Source of the DNA: Anaeromyxobacteraceae bacterium | Lineage (GTDB): Bacteria > Myxococcota > Myxococcia > Myxococcales > Anaeromyxobacteraceae | Assembly (NCBI GenBank): GCA_032654565.1 | Contig: JAULAX010000015.1 | Span: 416,001 to 480,000 of the forward strand | Reading direction: 5' to 3' | Length of the DNA stretch: 64,000 bases | In this document: piece after piece, positions 43,676 through 53,131 of the stretch | Numbering within the stretch: the first letter of the stretch is position 1 | How the letters are laid out: every line of letters begins with the position of its first letter | Made by a program: the position numbers and the translations under genes | The notes under the pieces: model-generated | Database searches by the model: none | The model's input: only the letters and a program-made list of their open reading frames with translations | Told to the model about the DNA's origin: nothing

Positions 43676-45252
43676 GGCGCGCGCAGGTCGAGGCCCAGCA
43701 CCGTCTTGTAGACCGTCTTCCCCCCGCCGTAGAAGTCGCCCGGCACCAGCAGGTCGACCTCGAGGCCGAGGGTGATCCAGCGGGCCGGCTCCCAGGTGGC
43801 CGACAGGTCCAGCTCGGTGCCGTAGGTGCGCCCGCCCCACGGCCCGTCGTCCTCGGCCCGCAGCCAGGCGGCCCGGGCCTGCAGGTCGACGTCCGACCCC
43901 AGGTCGAGCTCCACGTCCAGGCCGGGGGCGATCACGCCGCGGCCATTCACGCCGGGCGCGGTCGCCTGGCGGGCCGCGAAGGTCTCGGAGAGGCCGCCAC
44001 GGAAGAAGAGGTTGGTGGCGGTGAGGTACGGGGTGACGCCGAGGAAGGCGCCGGAGCCGGCCGGCAGCCCGAGCCGCGCCTTCTCGGTCGGGGTGCGATC
44101 CCCGGAGAGGTAGAGGAACCAGGGGGTGACCGAGAGCCACGGCGCCGGCGAGACCTGGTAGCGGAGCCAGGCGGCCGAGCCGGTGAGCGGGATGTCGACC
44201 CGGGTCAGGACGCCGGCCATCTCCAGGGTGTCGACGCGGCCCCGGAGCAGCGCCAGCGTCCAGAGCAGGCGCTGGTGGTCGAAGGTGGCGAGGCTGCCGC
44301 TGCTGCCGGCCCAGGCCTGCGTGGCGGTCGAGGTCGGCGCGGAGGAGAGCTGCGCGGCCAGCCCGCGGGAGGCGGCGGCGAAGGCGAGCGTGCCGGGAGC
44401 CAGCCCGGCCAGGTTGACCACGGCGTCCTCGATGAGGGCGCCCCGGACCAGCTCGGCCACCCCGCCGGTCCGGTCTCGGTGCGCCGCCAGGAAGAGGCCG
44501 GCGTGCTCGAAGAGCGAGGGGAGCCAGTCGACGCGCAGCAGCGCCATGGGGCTGATCCCGGCCACGGTGCGGGTGAGGTCGCGGGTCGGCTGGAAGAGGG
44601 CGGCCCGCACCTCGACCGGCGGGCCGATGGCGCCGAGATCGAGCGCCAGGTCGACGCCCGTGGCGTAGTCGTCGTGGACCAGCCCCTCGGCGACCGTGGT
44701 GCGCGACCGGCCGGCGCGCACCGTGGCGAAGCCGGCGCGGCCGAAGCTCCAGGCGGCCCAGGCCTCGCGCACCAGCAGCGTCGCGCGCACCTCCTCGGCG
44801 AGGGCGCGGCCGTTGGAGGTGAGCTGGGATGGGCCGAGGCGGGTCTCCTCCAGCCGCCAGGTCTCCACGCCCATGCAGCCCATGCTGCCGCGGACGTCGA
44901 GGCCGGTGGGCGAGCTGCTCGACCTGCAGACCGGCGCCGCCGCCGGGAAGCGGCGCACCCGCAGCTCGCCGGTGTCGAGGGCCAGCCGCCAGCGCAGGGC
45001 GCCGGCGAGGTGGCGGCCGTCGAGCCTCAGCTCGGCCAGCGTCGAGCCGTACCCGGAGTCGCTGGTGGTGGCCAGGTAGTCGTCGACCAGGAAGGAGCGG
45101 GTGGCCCGGTCGAAGAGCACCTCGGTCGTTGGCGCGTCCCTCACCCCGGTGAAGCGCAGGTGGAGCGCCCCCTCCACGCGCACCTCCCCGCCGGCGGCGC
45201 CGGGGAAGGCCGCGGCGGCCAGCGCCGCGAGCAGGGTGAGCGGCCAGCGCAC
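43672..45252 (-). CDS. Putative outer-membrane beta-barrel (alginate-export-like)
   Basis: Signal peptide from GTG 45252 (TAGTG overlap), alternating beta-strand pattern, C-terminal GTELDLSATW...PGDFY...LGLDLR. Confidence 0.7.
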   Translation of the reverse strand: MRWPLTLLAALAAAAFPGAAGGEVRVEGALHLRFTGVRDAPTTEVLFDRATRSFLVDDYLATTSDSGYGSTLAELRLDGRHLAGALRWRLALDTGELRVRRFPAAAPVCRSSSSPTGLDVRGSMGCMGVETWRLEETRLGPSQLTSNGRALAEEVRATLLVREAWAAWSFGRAGFATVRAGRSRTTVAEGLVHDDYATGVDLALDLGAIGPPVEVRAALFQPTRDLTRTVAGISPMALLRVDWLPSLFEHAGLFLAAHRDRTGGVAELVRGALIEDAVVNLAGLAPGTLAFAAASRGLAAQLSSAPTSTATQAWAGSSGSLATFDHQRLLWTLALLRGRVDTLEMAGVLTRVDIPLTGSAAWLRYQVSPAPWLSVTPWFLYLSGDRTPTEKARLGLPAGSGAFLGVTPYLTATNLFFRGGLSETFAARQATAPGVNGRGVIAPGLDVELDLGSDVDLQARAAWLRAEDDGPWGGRTYGTELDLSATWEPARWITLGLEVDLLVPGDFYGGGKTVYKTVLGLDLRAP

Positions 45253-45752
45253 TACGGCCCGCGCCGCTCCCGCCACCGCGCCCGGGCCTTGCCCCGCTCC
45301 TCGGGGGAGAGCTCGCGCCAGCGGCGCAGGTTCTCCAGGTAGCGCTCCCGCTCGCGCGGCGGCGCCCGCAGTATCTCCCCCATGGCCTTGCGGAGCTGGG
45401 CGCGCCGCTCCGGCGAGAGCTCCTTGAAGCGGGCGAAGCGGTCCTGCAGCTCGCGCTGCTCGCGCTCGGGGAGCCGGCGGAAGGCCTGGTAGCGCTTCAG
45501 CAGCTCCTCACGCTCTGCGGGCGGCAGCGCCCGCAGCCGCTCCAGCCGCTGCTTCGCCTCGGCCTGCTGGTCGGGCGGCAGGGCCTGGAAGGCCTTCCAC
45601 TTCTCCCGCAGCGCATCGCGCTGGTCGGGGGTGAGCCGCTCCCAGCGCTCGCGGGCCGCGGCGGTGTCGCCGCCCGGCGCGGCCTGGGCGCGGGCCGGGG
45701 AGGGGCCGAGCGCCAGCGCCAGCAGCAGCAGCGCCATCGCCGCCCGGCTCAT
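45252..45752 (-). CDS. DUF3106-type periplasmic helical-repeat protein
   Basis: Signal peptide and about 6 repeats of (W/F)xxLxPExRxxL. Very Arg-rich. Confidence 0.8.
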   Translation of the reverse strand: MSRAAMALLLLALALGPSPARAQAAPGGDTAAARERWERLTPDQRDALREKWKAFQALPPDQQAEAKQRLERLRALPPAEREELLKRYQAFRRLPEREQRELQDRFARFKELSPERRAQLRKAMGEILRAPPRERERYLENLRRWRELSPEERGKARARWRERRGP

Positions 45753-46219
45753 GGCGCCCCCCGGCGGTCCAGGGTGTCGAGCTGGGCGATGACCGCGGCG
45801 TCCTCGGCGGTCTCCACGTCATCGAGCGAGGCCACCGTCTCGTACTCCTGGAGCAGGTCGAGCTGCGCGGCCGCCGCCAGCTCCAGGCCACGCTGCTGCC
45901 GGACCACCAGCACCCCGGCCAGGGCCGCCGCGGCCAGCCCGCCGGCGGGGAGGGCCAGCCGCCAGCGCCAGGCCGAGAGCCGGCCGAGGAGGCCGCGGGA
46001 CGGCTCCTGTGCCAGCCGCGCCGCCAGCCGGGCGGCGAAGTACGGGGAGGGCTCGGGGGCGGCGGGGAGCCGGGCCAGCGCCGCCAGGGCGCCGGAGAGC
46101 CGGTCGCGCTCGGCGCGGCAGCCGGCGCAGGTGGCCAGGTGGGACTCGACCCGGCCTCGCGCCGCCGGGTCGAGGGCGCCGTCCAGCAGCGCCGAGAGCT
46201 CGTCGACCACGTGCTTCAT
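45749..46219 (-). CDS. Zinc-binding anti-sigma factor (zf-HC2) with TM
   Basis: ELSALLDGAL...HLATCAGC, a TM segment, acidic C-terminus QLDLLQEYE...IAQLDTLD. ATGA overlap with the sigma gene. Confidence 0.88.
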   Translation of the reverse strand: MKHVVDELSALLDGALDPAARGRVESHLATCAGCRAERDRLSGALAALARLPAAPEPSPYFAARLAARLAQEPSRGLLGRLSAWRWRLALPAGGLAAAALAGVLVVRQQRGLELAAAAQLDLLQEYETVASLDDVETAEDAAVIAQLDTLDRRGAP

Positions 46220-46809
46220 GACACCGCCTCCTCGCCGTCCCCGGGGCCGAAGGGGGCCAGCGCCGCGGCGGCGCTGACGGTGGCCCGGTGGATCAGCGAC
46301 TTCACCGCCGACACGCTGGTCTCCAGCGTCTCGGCGATCTCCTCGTAGCTCATCCCCTCGAAGCGGCACAGCACGAAGGCGGCCCGCTGCTTCTCCGGCA
46401 GCGCCCCCAGCAGCGCCACCACCGCCTGCTCCAGCGACCGCGCCTCCGCCACCTGGAGCGGATCGGGGGCGCCGGAGGGCAGGGCGTCGAGGTCGGGGGC
46501 CTGGTCCTCGCCGAGCGGGCCGGCGGCCCGGGCGGTGAACTCGGCGCGGCGCACCTCGTTGAGGCAGTGGTTGGTGGCCACCCGGTAGAGGAAGGTCTTG
46601 AAGCGGGCGCTCGGCTGGTAGCGGTGGGCCGACCGGTAGAGCTTCACGAAGACGTCCTGCGCCAGCTCCTCGGCGCGGGCGGCGTCCCTGACGAAGCGAT
46701 GGCAGAAGGCGATCATGGCCCGGGCGTTCCTCTCGTAGAGGAGCCGGAAGGCCGCCGCGTCGCCGCGCTGGAAGGCCAGCAGGAGCGCCGCGTCGTGATC
46801 CTGGCTCAT
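46216..46809 (-). CDS. ECF RNA polymerase sigma-70 factor
   Basis: GDAAAFRLLY, AEELAQDVF, FKTFLYRVATN, EGMSYEEIAETL..SVSAVKSLIHRA. Confidence 0.93.
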   Translation of the reverse strand: MSQDHDAALLLAFQRGDAAAFRLLYERNARAMIAFCHRFVRDAARAEELAQDVFVKLYRSAHRYQPSARFKTFLYRVATNHCLNEVRRAEFTARAAGPLGEDQAPDLDALPSGAPDPLQVAEARSLEQAVVALLGALPEKQRAAFVLCRFEGMSYEEIAETLETSVSAVKSLIHRATVSAAAALAPFGPGDGEEAVS

Positions 46810-46820
46810 CCACCCCCAGC

Positions 46821-46846
46821 CAACACGCCCGGCGGCGAAAGGTTGC
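46821..46846 (-). promoter_or_regulatory. Candidate autoregulatory ECF promoter
   Basis: Minus strand GCAAC-N17-GTT(G) just upstream of the sigma ATG. Matches the general ECF AAC...(C/T)GT pattern. Confidence 0.45.
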
Positions 46847-46852
46847 GCGGCC

Positions 46853-47896
46853 TCAGCCGCCGAAGGCGCCGACCGCCGCGTGGGTCAGCCCGTAGACCAC
46901 CGCCGCCACCAGCGCCGAGGCCGGAATCGTGAAGATCCACGCCCAGATGATGCGCCCGGCCACGCCCCAGCGGACCGCCCGGGTGCCCCGGGTGGCGCCG
47001 ACGCCGACGATGGCCCCGGTGATGGTGTGGGTGGTGGAGACCGGGATGCCCCAGTGGGCCAGCGCCAGGATGGTGACGCCGCCGCCGGTCTCGGCGCAGA
47101 AGCCGCCGATGGGCTGCAGCTTGGTCAGGCCGGTGCCCATGGTCTTGACGATCCGCCAGCCGCCGAAGAAGGTCCCCAGGCCGATGGCGGCGTGGCAGGC
47201 CAGCACCACCCAGAGCGGGATGTGGAACTCCTGCCCCTGCAGCACGGTCCCGAAGAGGATGATGGCGATGATGCCCATGACCTTCTGGGCGTCGTTGGTG
47301 CCGTGGCTGTAGGAGAAGATGGCCGCGCTCACCAGCTGCAGCTTGCGGAACCACCGGTCCACCTTGGCCGGGGTGAAGCGCTGCACGATCCAGGTGGTCG
47401 CCACCATCATGGTGATGCCCAGCGTCATGCCGATGAGCGGCGAGAGCACGATGAACATCGAGATCTTGAGGATGCCCGAGCCGACCAGGCCGGAGGGGCC
47501 GAGCGCCGGGAGGGTGGCGCCGATCATGCCGCCGGCCAGGGCGTGCGACGACGACGACGGCAGCCCCCAGTACCAGGTGAGCAGGTTCCAGGCGATGGCC
47601 CCCACCAGCGAGGCGAAGATCACCACCAGCACCGAGGTGGTCCCCATGGCCTTCAGCATCTCGAAGTGGATGACCCCCTTGCCCATGGTGTTGGCCACCT
47701 TGAGCTGGGCCCCCCAGAGCACCGGCGCCGCCGCGATGAAGTTGAAGAAGGCGGCCCAGGCCACCGCCTTCATGGGCGTCAGCACCCGGGTGGAGACCAC
47801 CGTGGCGATGGAGTTGGCGGCGTCGTGGAAGCCGTTGATGAAGTCGAAGGCGAGGGCGACGAGGATCAGCCCGGCGACGACGGTGTAGAGGAGCAT
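46853..47896 (-). CDS. pit: Inorganic phosphate transporter, PiT family
   Basis: GFHDAANSIAT, GLPSSSSHAL, HGTNDAQK, GIPVSTTH. Confidence 0.95.
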   Translation of the reverse strand: MLLYTVVAGLILVALAFDFINGFHDAANSIATVVSTRVLTPMKAVAWAAFFNFIAAAPVLWGAQLKVANTMGKGVIHFEMLKAMGTTSVLVVIFASLVGAIAWNLLTWYWGLPSSSSHALAGGMIGATLPALGPSGLVGSGILKISMFIVLSPLIGMTLGITMMVATTWIVQRFTPAKVDRWFRKLQLVSAAIFSYSHGTNDAQKVMGIIAIILFGTVLQGQEFHIPLWVVLACHAAIGLGTFFGGWRIVKTMGTGLTKLQPIGGFCAETGGGVTILALAHWGIPVSTTHTITGAIVGVGATRGTRAVRWGVAGRIIWAWIFTIPASALVAAVVYGLTHAAVGAFGG

Positions 47897-47924
47897 GACG
47901 GTGGTCCGGGGCGGGGCGGGCGCC

Positions 47925-48554
47925 TCAGGCGTGCTCGAGGACCACGCCCTCGATGACGTTGGCCACGTCCTCGGCCCGGTCGGTGGCGTCCTCGATCAGG
48001 TCGATGATCTCCTTCCACTTCATCACCGTGAGGGGATCGTTGCCGCGCTTGAAGAGCTTGGCCATGGTCTTGCGGGTCAGCGTGTCGGCCTGGTTCTCCA
48101 GCTTGTTCATCTCCTGGCAGGCGGCCAGGATGGTCTCGGGGTCCTTCTTCATGTTGCGCAGCCCCTTGACCGCCTCCTCCATCTTGCGGGTCTGCTCCAC
48201 CAGCACCGCGCACAGCTCGCGCGACTCGGGGAGCACGGTGTCGATGTCGTAGAGGCCGAGCCGCTCGGCGGCGGCGTCGGCCAGGTCGAGGACGTCGTCG
48301 ATGCGGGAGAGGATGCGGTGGATCTCGGAGCGGTCGAACGGGGTGATGAACTGGGTGTGGAGCCGCTCGAAGGCCCGGTGGGTGATGTCGTCGGCGCGGT
48401 GCTCGACGTCCTTGATGGCCTGGCACTTGGCCGGCACGTTGGTGAAGTCGTCGAGCAGGTCCTTGAGCAGCACCGCCCCCTCCACCACCGCGGCCGCCTG
48501 GGCCTCGAAATCCGAGAAGAAGTCATCCGACTTCGGCATCAAGCGCTGGAGCAT
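47925..48554 (-). CDS. DUF47 / PhoU-like phosphate transport regulator
   Basis: EHRAD, FITPFDR, ENQAD, EDATDRAEDVA. Lies upstream of pit. Confidence 0.93.
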   Translation of the reverse strand: MLQRLMPKSDDFFSDFEAQAAAVVEGAVLLKDLLDDFTNVPAKCQAIKDVEHRADDITHRAFERLHTQFITPFDRSEIHRILSRIDDVLDLADAAAERLGLYDIDTVLPESRELCAVLVEQTRKMEEAVKGLRNMKKDPETILAACQEMNKLENQADTLTRKTMAKLFKRGNDPLTVMKWKEIIDLIEDATDRAEDVANVIEGVVLEHA

Positions 48555-48632
48555 CGGTTCTCCTGGTGCGGGACGAGACGAGGCAGGACGGCGCCGGGGT
48601 AACTCGTTTCGAAACCCGAGTCAAACGGGCTC

Positions 48633-48650
48633 TGTGACGGAATGGTGAAC
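48633..48650 (-). promoter_or_regulatory. Candidate Pho-box-like direct repeat
   Basis: Minus strand GTTCACC-ATTC-CGTCACA (11-bp period), 8 nt upstream of TTGACT and ahead of DUF47-pit. Confidence 0.5.
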
Positions 48651-48711
48651 TTCACCTTGCCGCGGCGTGCCAAGGCGAAGCGGCCTGGACGCGGGCCGGA
48701 GCGTAGCACGC

Positions 48712-49092
48712 TCACCGGGGCCGGCGACCACCCGCCGGTCCCGCCGACTCGCGCAGTGACACCAGCGTCGCCCCCCAGCCGCCGGCCCCCTCGTCGGCGG
48801 CCTGGAAGGCGGCCACCAGCGGGTGGCGGGCCAGCAGCACCTCGACGTGGCGGCGCAGCGCGCCGGTCCCCTTGCCGTGGATGATCCGCAGCGCTCGCAG
48901 CCCGGCGGCGTGGCTGGCGTCGAGCCAGGCCGGCACCAGCGCCCCCACCTCGCCGGGGGCGAAGGCGTGCAGGTCGAGCAGGCCGTCGAGCCGGAGCGCC
49001 ACCGGCTCGCCGAAGGGATCACCGGGGGGATCGCCGCCGCCCGGGCCGCCGTCGCCATCGCCAGCCTGGTCGTCGTCGGGGGCGCGGTCCAC
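48712..49092 (-). CDS. Stand-alone Smr (small MutS-related) domain protein
   Basis: LDLH, IIHGKGTG, GGWGAT. Confidence 0.88.
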   Translation of the reverse strand: MDRAPDDDQAGDGDGGPGGGDPPGDPFGEPVALRLDGLLDLHAFAPGEVGALVPAWLDASHAAGLRALRIIHGKGTGALRRHVEVLLARHPLVAAFQAADEGAGGWGATLVSLRESAGPAGGRRPR

Positions 49093-49126
49093 GGGGCCGA
49101 TGATAGCCCGGCCCGGCCGGCGCGGC

Positions 49127-50992
49127 TCACCCCGGCCCGGCCGGCGGCAGGTGCCGGCCGATGACGGCGCGGATGGCCTGGAGGTCGAACGGCTTGGCGA
49201 TGCACTCCCGCCCCGGCGCGGCCAGGAAGTCCCGGGTCTCGGGCGTGAAGGCCCCGCCGGAGAGGAAGACCGTCCGCTCGGCCAGCGCCGGGCTGAGCCG
49301 CGCCACCGCCGCGTGCAGCGCCATCCCCGACATCCCCGGCATCAGCAGGTCGCAGAGGACCAGGTCGAACCGCTCCCCCGCCTCCAGCAGCTGCAGCGCC
49401 GCGCGGCCGCTGCCCACGGCGACGATCTCGAACTCGCCCCCCAGGGTCCGCTGGATGACGGTGCCCACCAGCGGCTCGTCGTCCACCACCAGCAGGCGCC
49501 GCCGGCGCGCCGCCGCCACCGTCGCCGGCGGGGCGCCGCGCTCGGCGGGATCGGCCGGCGCCACCGGGAGGAGCACGCGGAAGGTGGAGCCGACGCCCAC
49601 CTCGCTCTCCACCTCGATCTCGCCGCCCAGCGCCTCGACGATGCTCCGGCAGACCGACAGCCCCAGCCCGGCGCCGGCGCCGGGGGCCTTGGTGCTGAAG
49701 AACGGCTCGAAGATCGACTCCAGCTGGTCGGCGGGGATGCCGCAGCCGGTGTCGCTCACCTCCACCGCCACCCGCTGGCCGGGGGCGGCGAAGGAGCGGA
49801 CGTGGACCACCTGCTCGCTGGTCCGCCCCGCGGGGATGGCGTGGGCGGCGTTGACCAGCAGGTTGAGGAAGACCTGGCCGAGCCGGGCCTCGTTGGCGCG
49901 GACCGGCGGCAGGGCGGCGGCCAGGGCCCGCCGGACCACGGCGCGGTGCGTGAGCTCGCTCCCGGCCACGTTGATGCTGCTCTCCAGCACCTGGGTCAGG
50001 TCGAGCGGCACCAGCGCCGCGTCGTCGCCCCGCGAGAGCGTCTGCAGGTCGCGCACCAGCCCGCGCACCTTGTCGACGCCGTCGCGGGCGTCGGCCGCGG
50101 CGTCGAGCACCTGCCGCGCCGACTCGGCCAGCCCGGCGTCGTCCACCCCGGCTGCCAGCCGGCCGGCCAGCGCCGCCACCTCCTCGGCGACGAAGGCCAG
50201 GTTGGCGGTCACGTAGGAGAGCGGGTTGTTGAGCTGGTGGGCCACCCCGCCGGTCAGGGTGCCGAGCGAGACCATCCGGTCGGCCACCGCCAGCCGGGCG
50301 TAGAGCCACTGCCGCTCCAGCTCCGAGGCGTGGCGGAGCATGGCGGCGGAGAGGGCGCAGGCCGCCGCCTCCAGGAAGCGCAGCTCGTCGGGGGCGAAGG
50401 CGCGGAAGCCGGCCTCGTAGGCGCCGAGCAGGCCGAGCGGCCCCGCCGGCCCGGGCAGCAGCACCAGCGCCGAGGCGGCCAGGCCGTGGCGGGCCAGGAA
50501 GGCGTCGCCCGGCCAGCTGGCGTGGACGTCGGCGGTGGCGGTGGAGGCCAGCTGCTCCAGCGCGAACCCGGACTGGGTGCCTGGGCCGCAGGCCAGCTCC
50601 TCGGCGGCGGCGCCGGCCAGCACCCCGGCCCCGACGCGCACCACCAGCCGGTCGACGGCCTCCGCCGGCGCCAGGAGCGCCACGCCGTCCACCGAGAGGG
50701 TCTCGGCCACCAGGGCGCAGGCGCTGGCCAGCAGCTCCTCCTCCCGGTCCCCGGCGATGGCCAGCTGGCCGAGCGTGGCCAGCACCTCGGTGAACTTGGC
50801 GCGGTGGGCGAGGTGGGCGGGGCCGGGCTCCACCGGATGGTCGGCGCGCAGGACGAGCAGCAGCCGCTCCAGCGCCCCCTCGTTCCGGGAGGCGCGCGAG
50901 GGGCGCGAGGCCACCCTCCCGCCGAGGGGCGTGAGCAGGGAGACCGACGTGGCGGTGGGAGGAGGCGCCATGGCAGGTACGTGGATGTGCAC
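49127..50992 (-). CDS. Hybrid sensor histidine kinase (GAF-HisKA-HATPase-REC)
   Basis: GAF-like region, VAHQLNNPL, NLLVNA, DTGCGI, GAGLGL, C-terminal receiver LVVDD...LCDLLMP...KPF. Start uncertain (ATG 50971 possible). Confidence 0.9.
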   Translation of the reverse strand: MHIHVPAMAPPPTATSVSLLTPLGGRVASRPSRASRNEGALERLLLVLRADHPVEPGPAHLAHRAKFTEVLATLGQLAIAGDREEELLASACALVAETLSVDGVALLAPAEAVDRLVVRVGAGVLAGAAAEELACGPGTQSGFALEQLASTATADVHASWPGDAFLARHGLAASALVLLPGPAGPLGLLGAYEAGFRAFAPDELRFLEAAACALSAAMLRHASELERQWLYARLAVADRMVSLGTLTGGVAHQLNNPLSYVTANLAFVAEEVAALAGRLAAGVDDAGLAESARQVLDAAADARDGVDKVRGLVRDLQTLSRGDDAALVPLDLTQVLESSINVAGSELTHRAVVRRALAAALPPVRANEARLGQVFLNLLVNAAHAIPAGRTSEQVVHVRSFAAPGQRVAVEVSDTGCGIPADQLESIFEPFFSTKAPGAGAGLGLSVCRSIVEALGGEIEVESEVGVGSTFRVLLPVAPADPAERGAPPATVAAARRRRLLVVDDEPLVGTVIQRTLGGEFEIVAVGSGRAALQLLEAGERFDLVLCDLLMPGMSGMALHAAVARLSPALAERTVFLSGGAFTPETRDFLAAPGRECIAKPFDLQAIRAVIGRHLPPAGPG

Positions 50993-51199
50993 GTTCCGTT
51001 CGCGCCCCGTCCCGGATGGGGACCTGGGACAAAACCCTGGACCTCCGAACGGTTACAGCCAGGGGCGGTCGGACCGGAGCCTCGCCGGGCGAGGTGGCCC
51101 CGGACCCCTGGGGCAAGCCAGCGCCCCCCGCGCGACCCGACCCGCCTGGAGCGTGAATGGAGGGGCACACGCCTTCGGGGCAGCGTATGAAGGGGCGGC

Positions 51200-53131
51200 G
51201 TGGAATTCGAGGTTCACTGCGAGAAGATGGCGCGGCTGCTCGATGCCGAGCGCGACGAGGAGCGGGCCCGGCTCGCCGACGCCCGCGCCCGGCTGACGCT
51301 GCGGGAGCGCGAGGCGCGCGGCCTGGCGGTCGCCGACGTCGAGGCGGTGGAGGAGGGGAGCCTGGCCGGGCGGGCGCTGGTGACCTACGAGCGGCGCGGC
51401 CAGGCCATCGAGGGGGCGCGCCTGGGCGTCGGCGCGCTGGTGACGGTGCGGCTCAGGAAGGAGCCGCGCCCCGACGAGCCGGCCGGGGTGGTGGCGCGCC
51501 GCAGCCGGACCCGCCTCTCGGTGGCCTTCGACGAGCCGCCGCCGGACTGGGCGGTGGACGGCCGGGTGGTGCTGGAGCTGGAGCCCTCGCCGGTCACCTG
51601 GGAGCGGCTCACCGCCGGGCTGCGGCGCATGGCCGGCGAGGAGGGGAAGCGCTGGCGGCCGCTGCTCACCGGGGCGCCGCCGCGGTTCGGGAGGCTGCCG
51701 CGGGCCCCGGCGCAGGCCGGCGCGGCCGGTGCGCCCCCGGGGGCGGCGATCGACGTACCGCCGCGCGCCGCGCTCAACGAGGAGCAGCGGGCGGCGCTCT
51801 CGCTGGCCGAGCGCGCCGAGGACCTGGCGCTCATCCACGGCCCGCCCGGCACCGGCAAGACCACCGTGCTGGTCGAGGTGATCCGGCGGGCGGTGGCGCG
51901 CGGCGAGCGGGTGCTGGCCTGCGCCCCCTCCAACCTGGCGGTCGACAACCTGCTGGAGCGGCTCATCGCCGCCGGCGTCGATGGGGTCCGGGTCGGCCAC
52001 CCGGCCCGGGTGCTGGAGTCGCTGCTCGGCCACACCCTGGAGGCGCGCACCGCGCTCCACGAGCGCTCGCGCATCGCCGCGGGGCTGGTGGCCGAGGCGC
52101 TCGACCTGCGCCGCTCGGCCTCGCGCCGCAAGCAGCGGCGTGGCCCGGGGCGGTTCAGCGAGGCCCGGGCCGACGAGCGGGGCGCCCGGGCGCTGCTCGG
52201 CGAGGCGCGGTCGCTGGAGGCGCAGGCCCAGGCCGAGGTGCTGGACCGGGCGCCGGTGGTGCTGGCCACGCTGACCGGCCTCTCCGGGGCGGCCCTGGCC
52301 GGGCGACGCTTCGCGCTGGCCGTGATCGACGAGGCCACCCAGGCGGTGGAGCCGGCGGCCTGGCTGGCGCTCCTGCGCGCCGACCGGGCGGTGCTGGCCG
52401 GCGACCACCTGCAGCTGCCGCCCACGGTGCTCTCGGCGGCGGCCCAGGCCGGCGGCCTCGGGGTCTCGCTCTTCGAGCGGCTGGTGGCGCTGCACGGCGA
52501 CGCCGTCAAGGTGACGCTCACCGAGCAGCACCGCATGAACGAGGCCATCATGCGCTTCCCCTCCGAGGCGCTCTACGGCGGGGCCCTGCGCGCCCACCCG
52601 GCGGTGGCGCACCACGCCCTCGACGACGCCCCGCTCGAGGTGGTCGACACCAGCGGCCGCGGCTTCGAGGAGGCCACGCCGGAGGGGTCGGACAGCCGGG
52701 AGAACGAGGGCGAGGCGCTGCTGGTGGCGGCGGAGGTGGAGCGGGTGCTGGGGCTGGGGGTGGCCCCCGCCGAGGTGGCGGTGATCGCCCCCTACGACGG
52801 CCAGGTGCAGCGGCTGCGGGCGCTGCTCTCGGCGCGCGTCGAGCAGGGGCTGGAGGTGGACACGGTCGACGGCTTCCAGGGGCGGGAGAAGGAGGCGGTG
52901 GTGGTGAGCCTGACCCGCGCCAACGAGGACGGCGAGGTCGGCTTCCTGGCCGACGTGCGGCGCATGAACGTGGCGCTGACCCGGGCCCGCAAGAAGCTGG
53001 TGGTGGTGGGCGACGGGGCCACCGTGGCCCGCCACCCGTTCTACGCCGCCTTCCTGCGCCACGCCGAGGCCACCGGCGCCTGGCGCAGCGCCTGGGACCG
53101 CGAGCCGGCGCCCGGGGCCGTGACGCCGTGA
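51200..53131 (+). CDS. SF1B helicase, IGHMBP2/Upf1-like
   Basis: Q-motif LNEEQ, GPPGTGKT, APSNLAVD, IDEATQ, GDHLQLPP, QHRM, TVDGFQGREK, RMNVALTRARK. Confidence 0.92.
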   Translation: MEFEVHCEKMARLLDAERDEERARLADARARLTLREREARGLAVADVEAVEEGSLAGRALVTYERRGQAIEGARLGVGALVTVRLRKEPRPDEPAGVVARRSRTRLSVAFDEPPPDWAVDGRVVLELEPSPVTWERLTAGLRRMAGEEGKRWRPLLTGAPPRFGRLPRAPAQAGAAGAPPGAAIDVPPRAALNEEQRAALSLAERAEDLALIHGPPGTGKTTVLVEVIRRAVARGERVLACAPSNLAVDNLLERLIAAGVDGVRVGHPARVLESLLGHTLEARTALHERSRIAAGLVAEALDLRRSASRRKQRRGPGRFSEARADERGARALLGEARSLEAQAQAEVLDRAPVVLATLTGLSGAALAGRRFALAVIDEATQAVEPAAWLALLRADRAVLAGDHLQLPPTVLSAAAQAGGLGVSLFERLVALHGDAVKVTLTEQHRMNEAIMRFPSEALYGGALRAHPAVAHHALDDAPLEVVDTSGRGFEEATPEGSDSRENEGEALLVAAEVERVLGLGVAPAEVAVIAPYDGQVQRLRALLSARVEQGLEVDTVDGFQGREKEAVVVSLTRANEDGEVGFLADVRRMNVALTRARKKLVVVGDGATVARHPFYAAFLRHAEATGAWRSAWDREPAPGAVTP

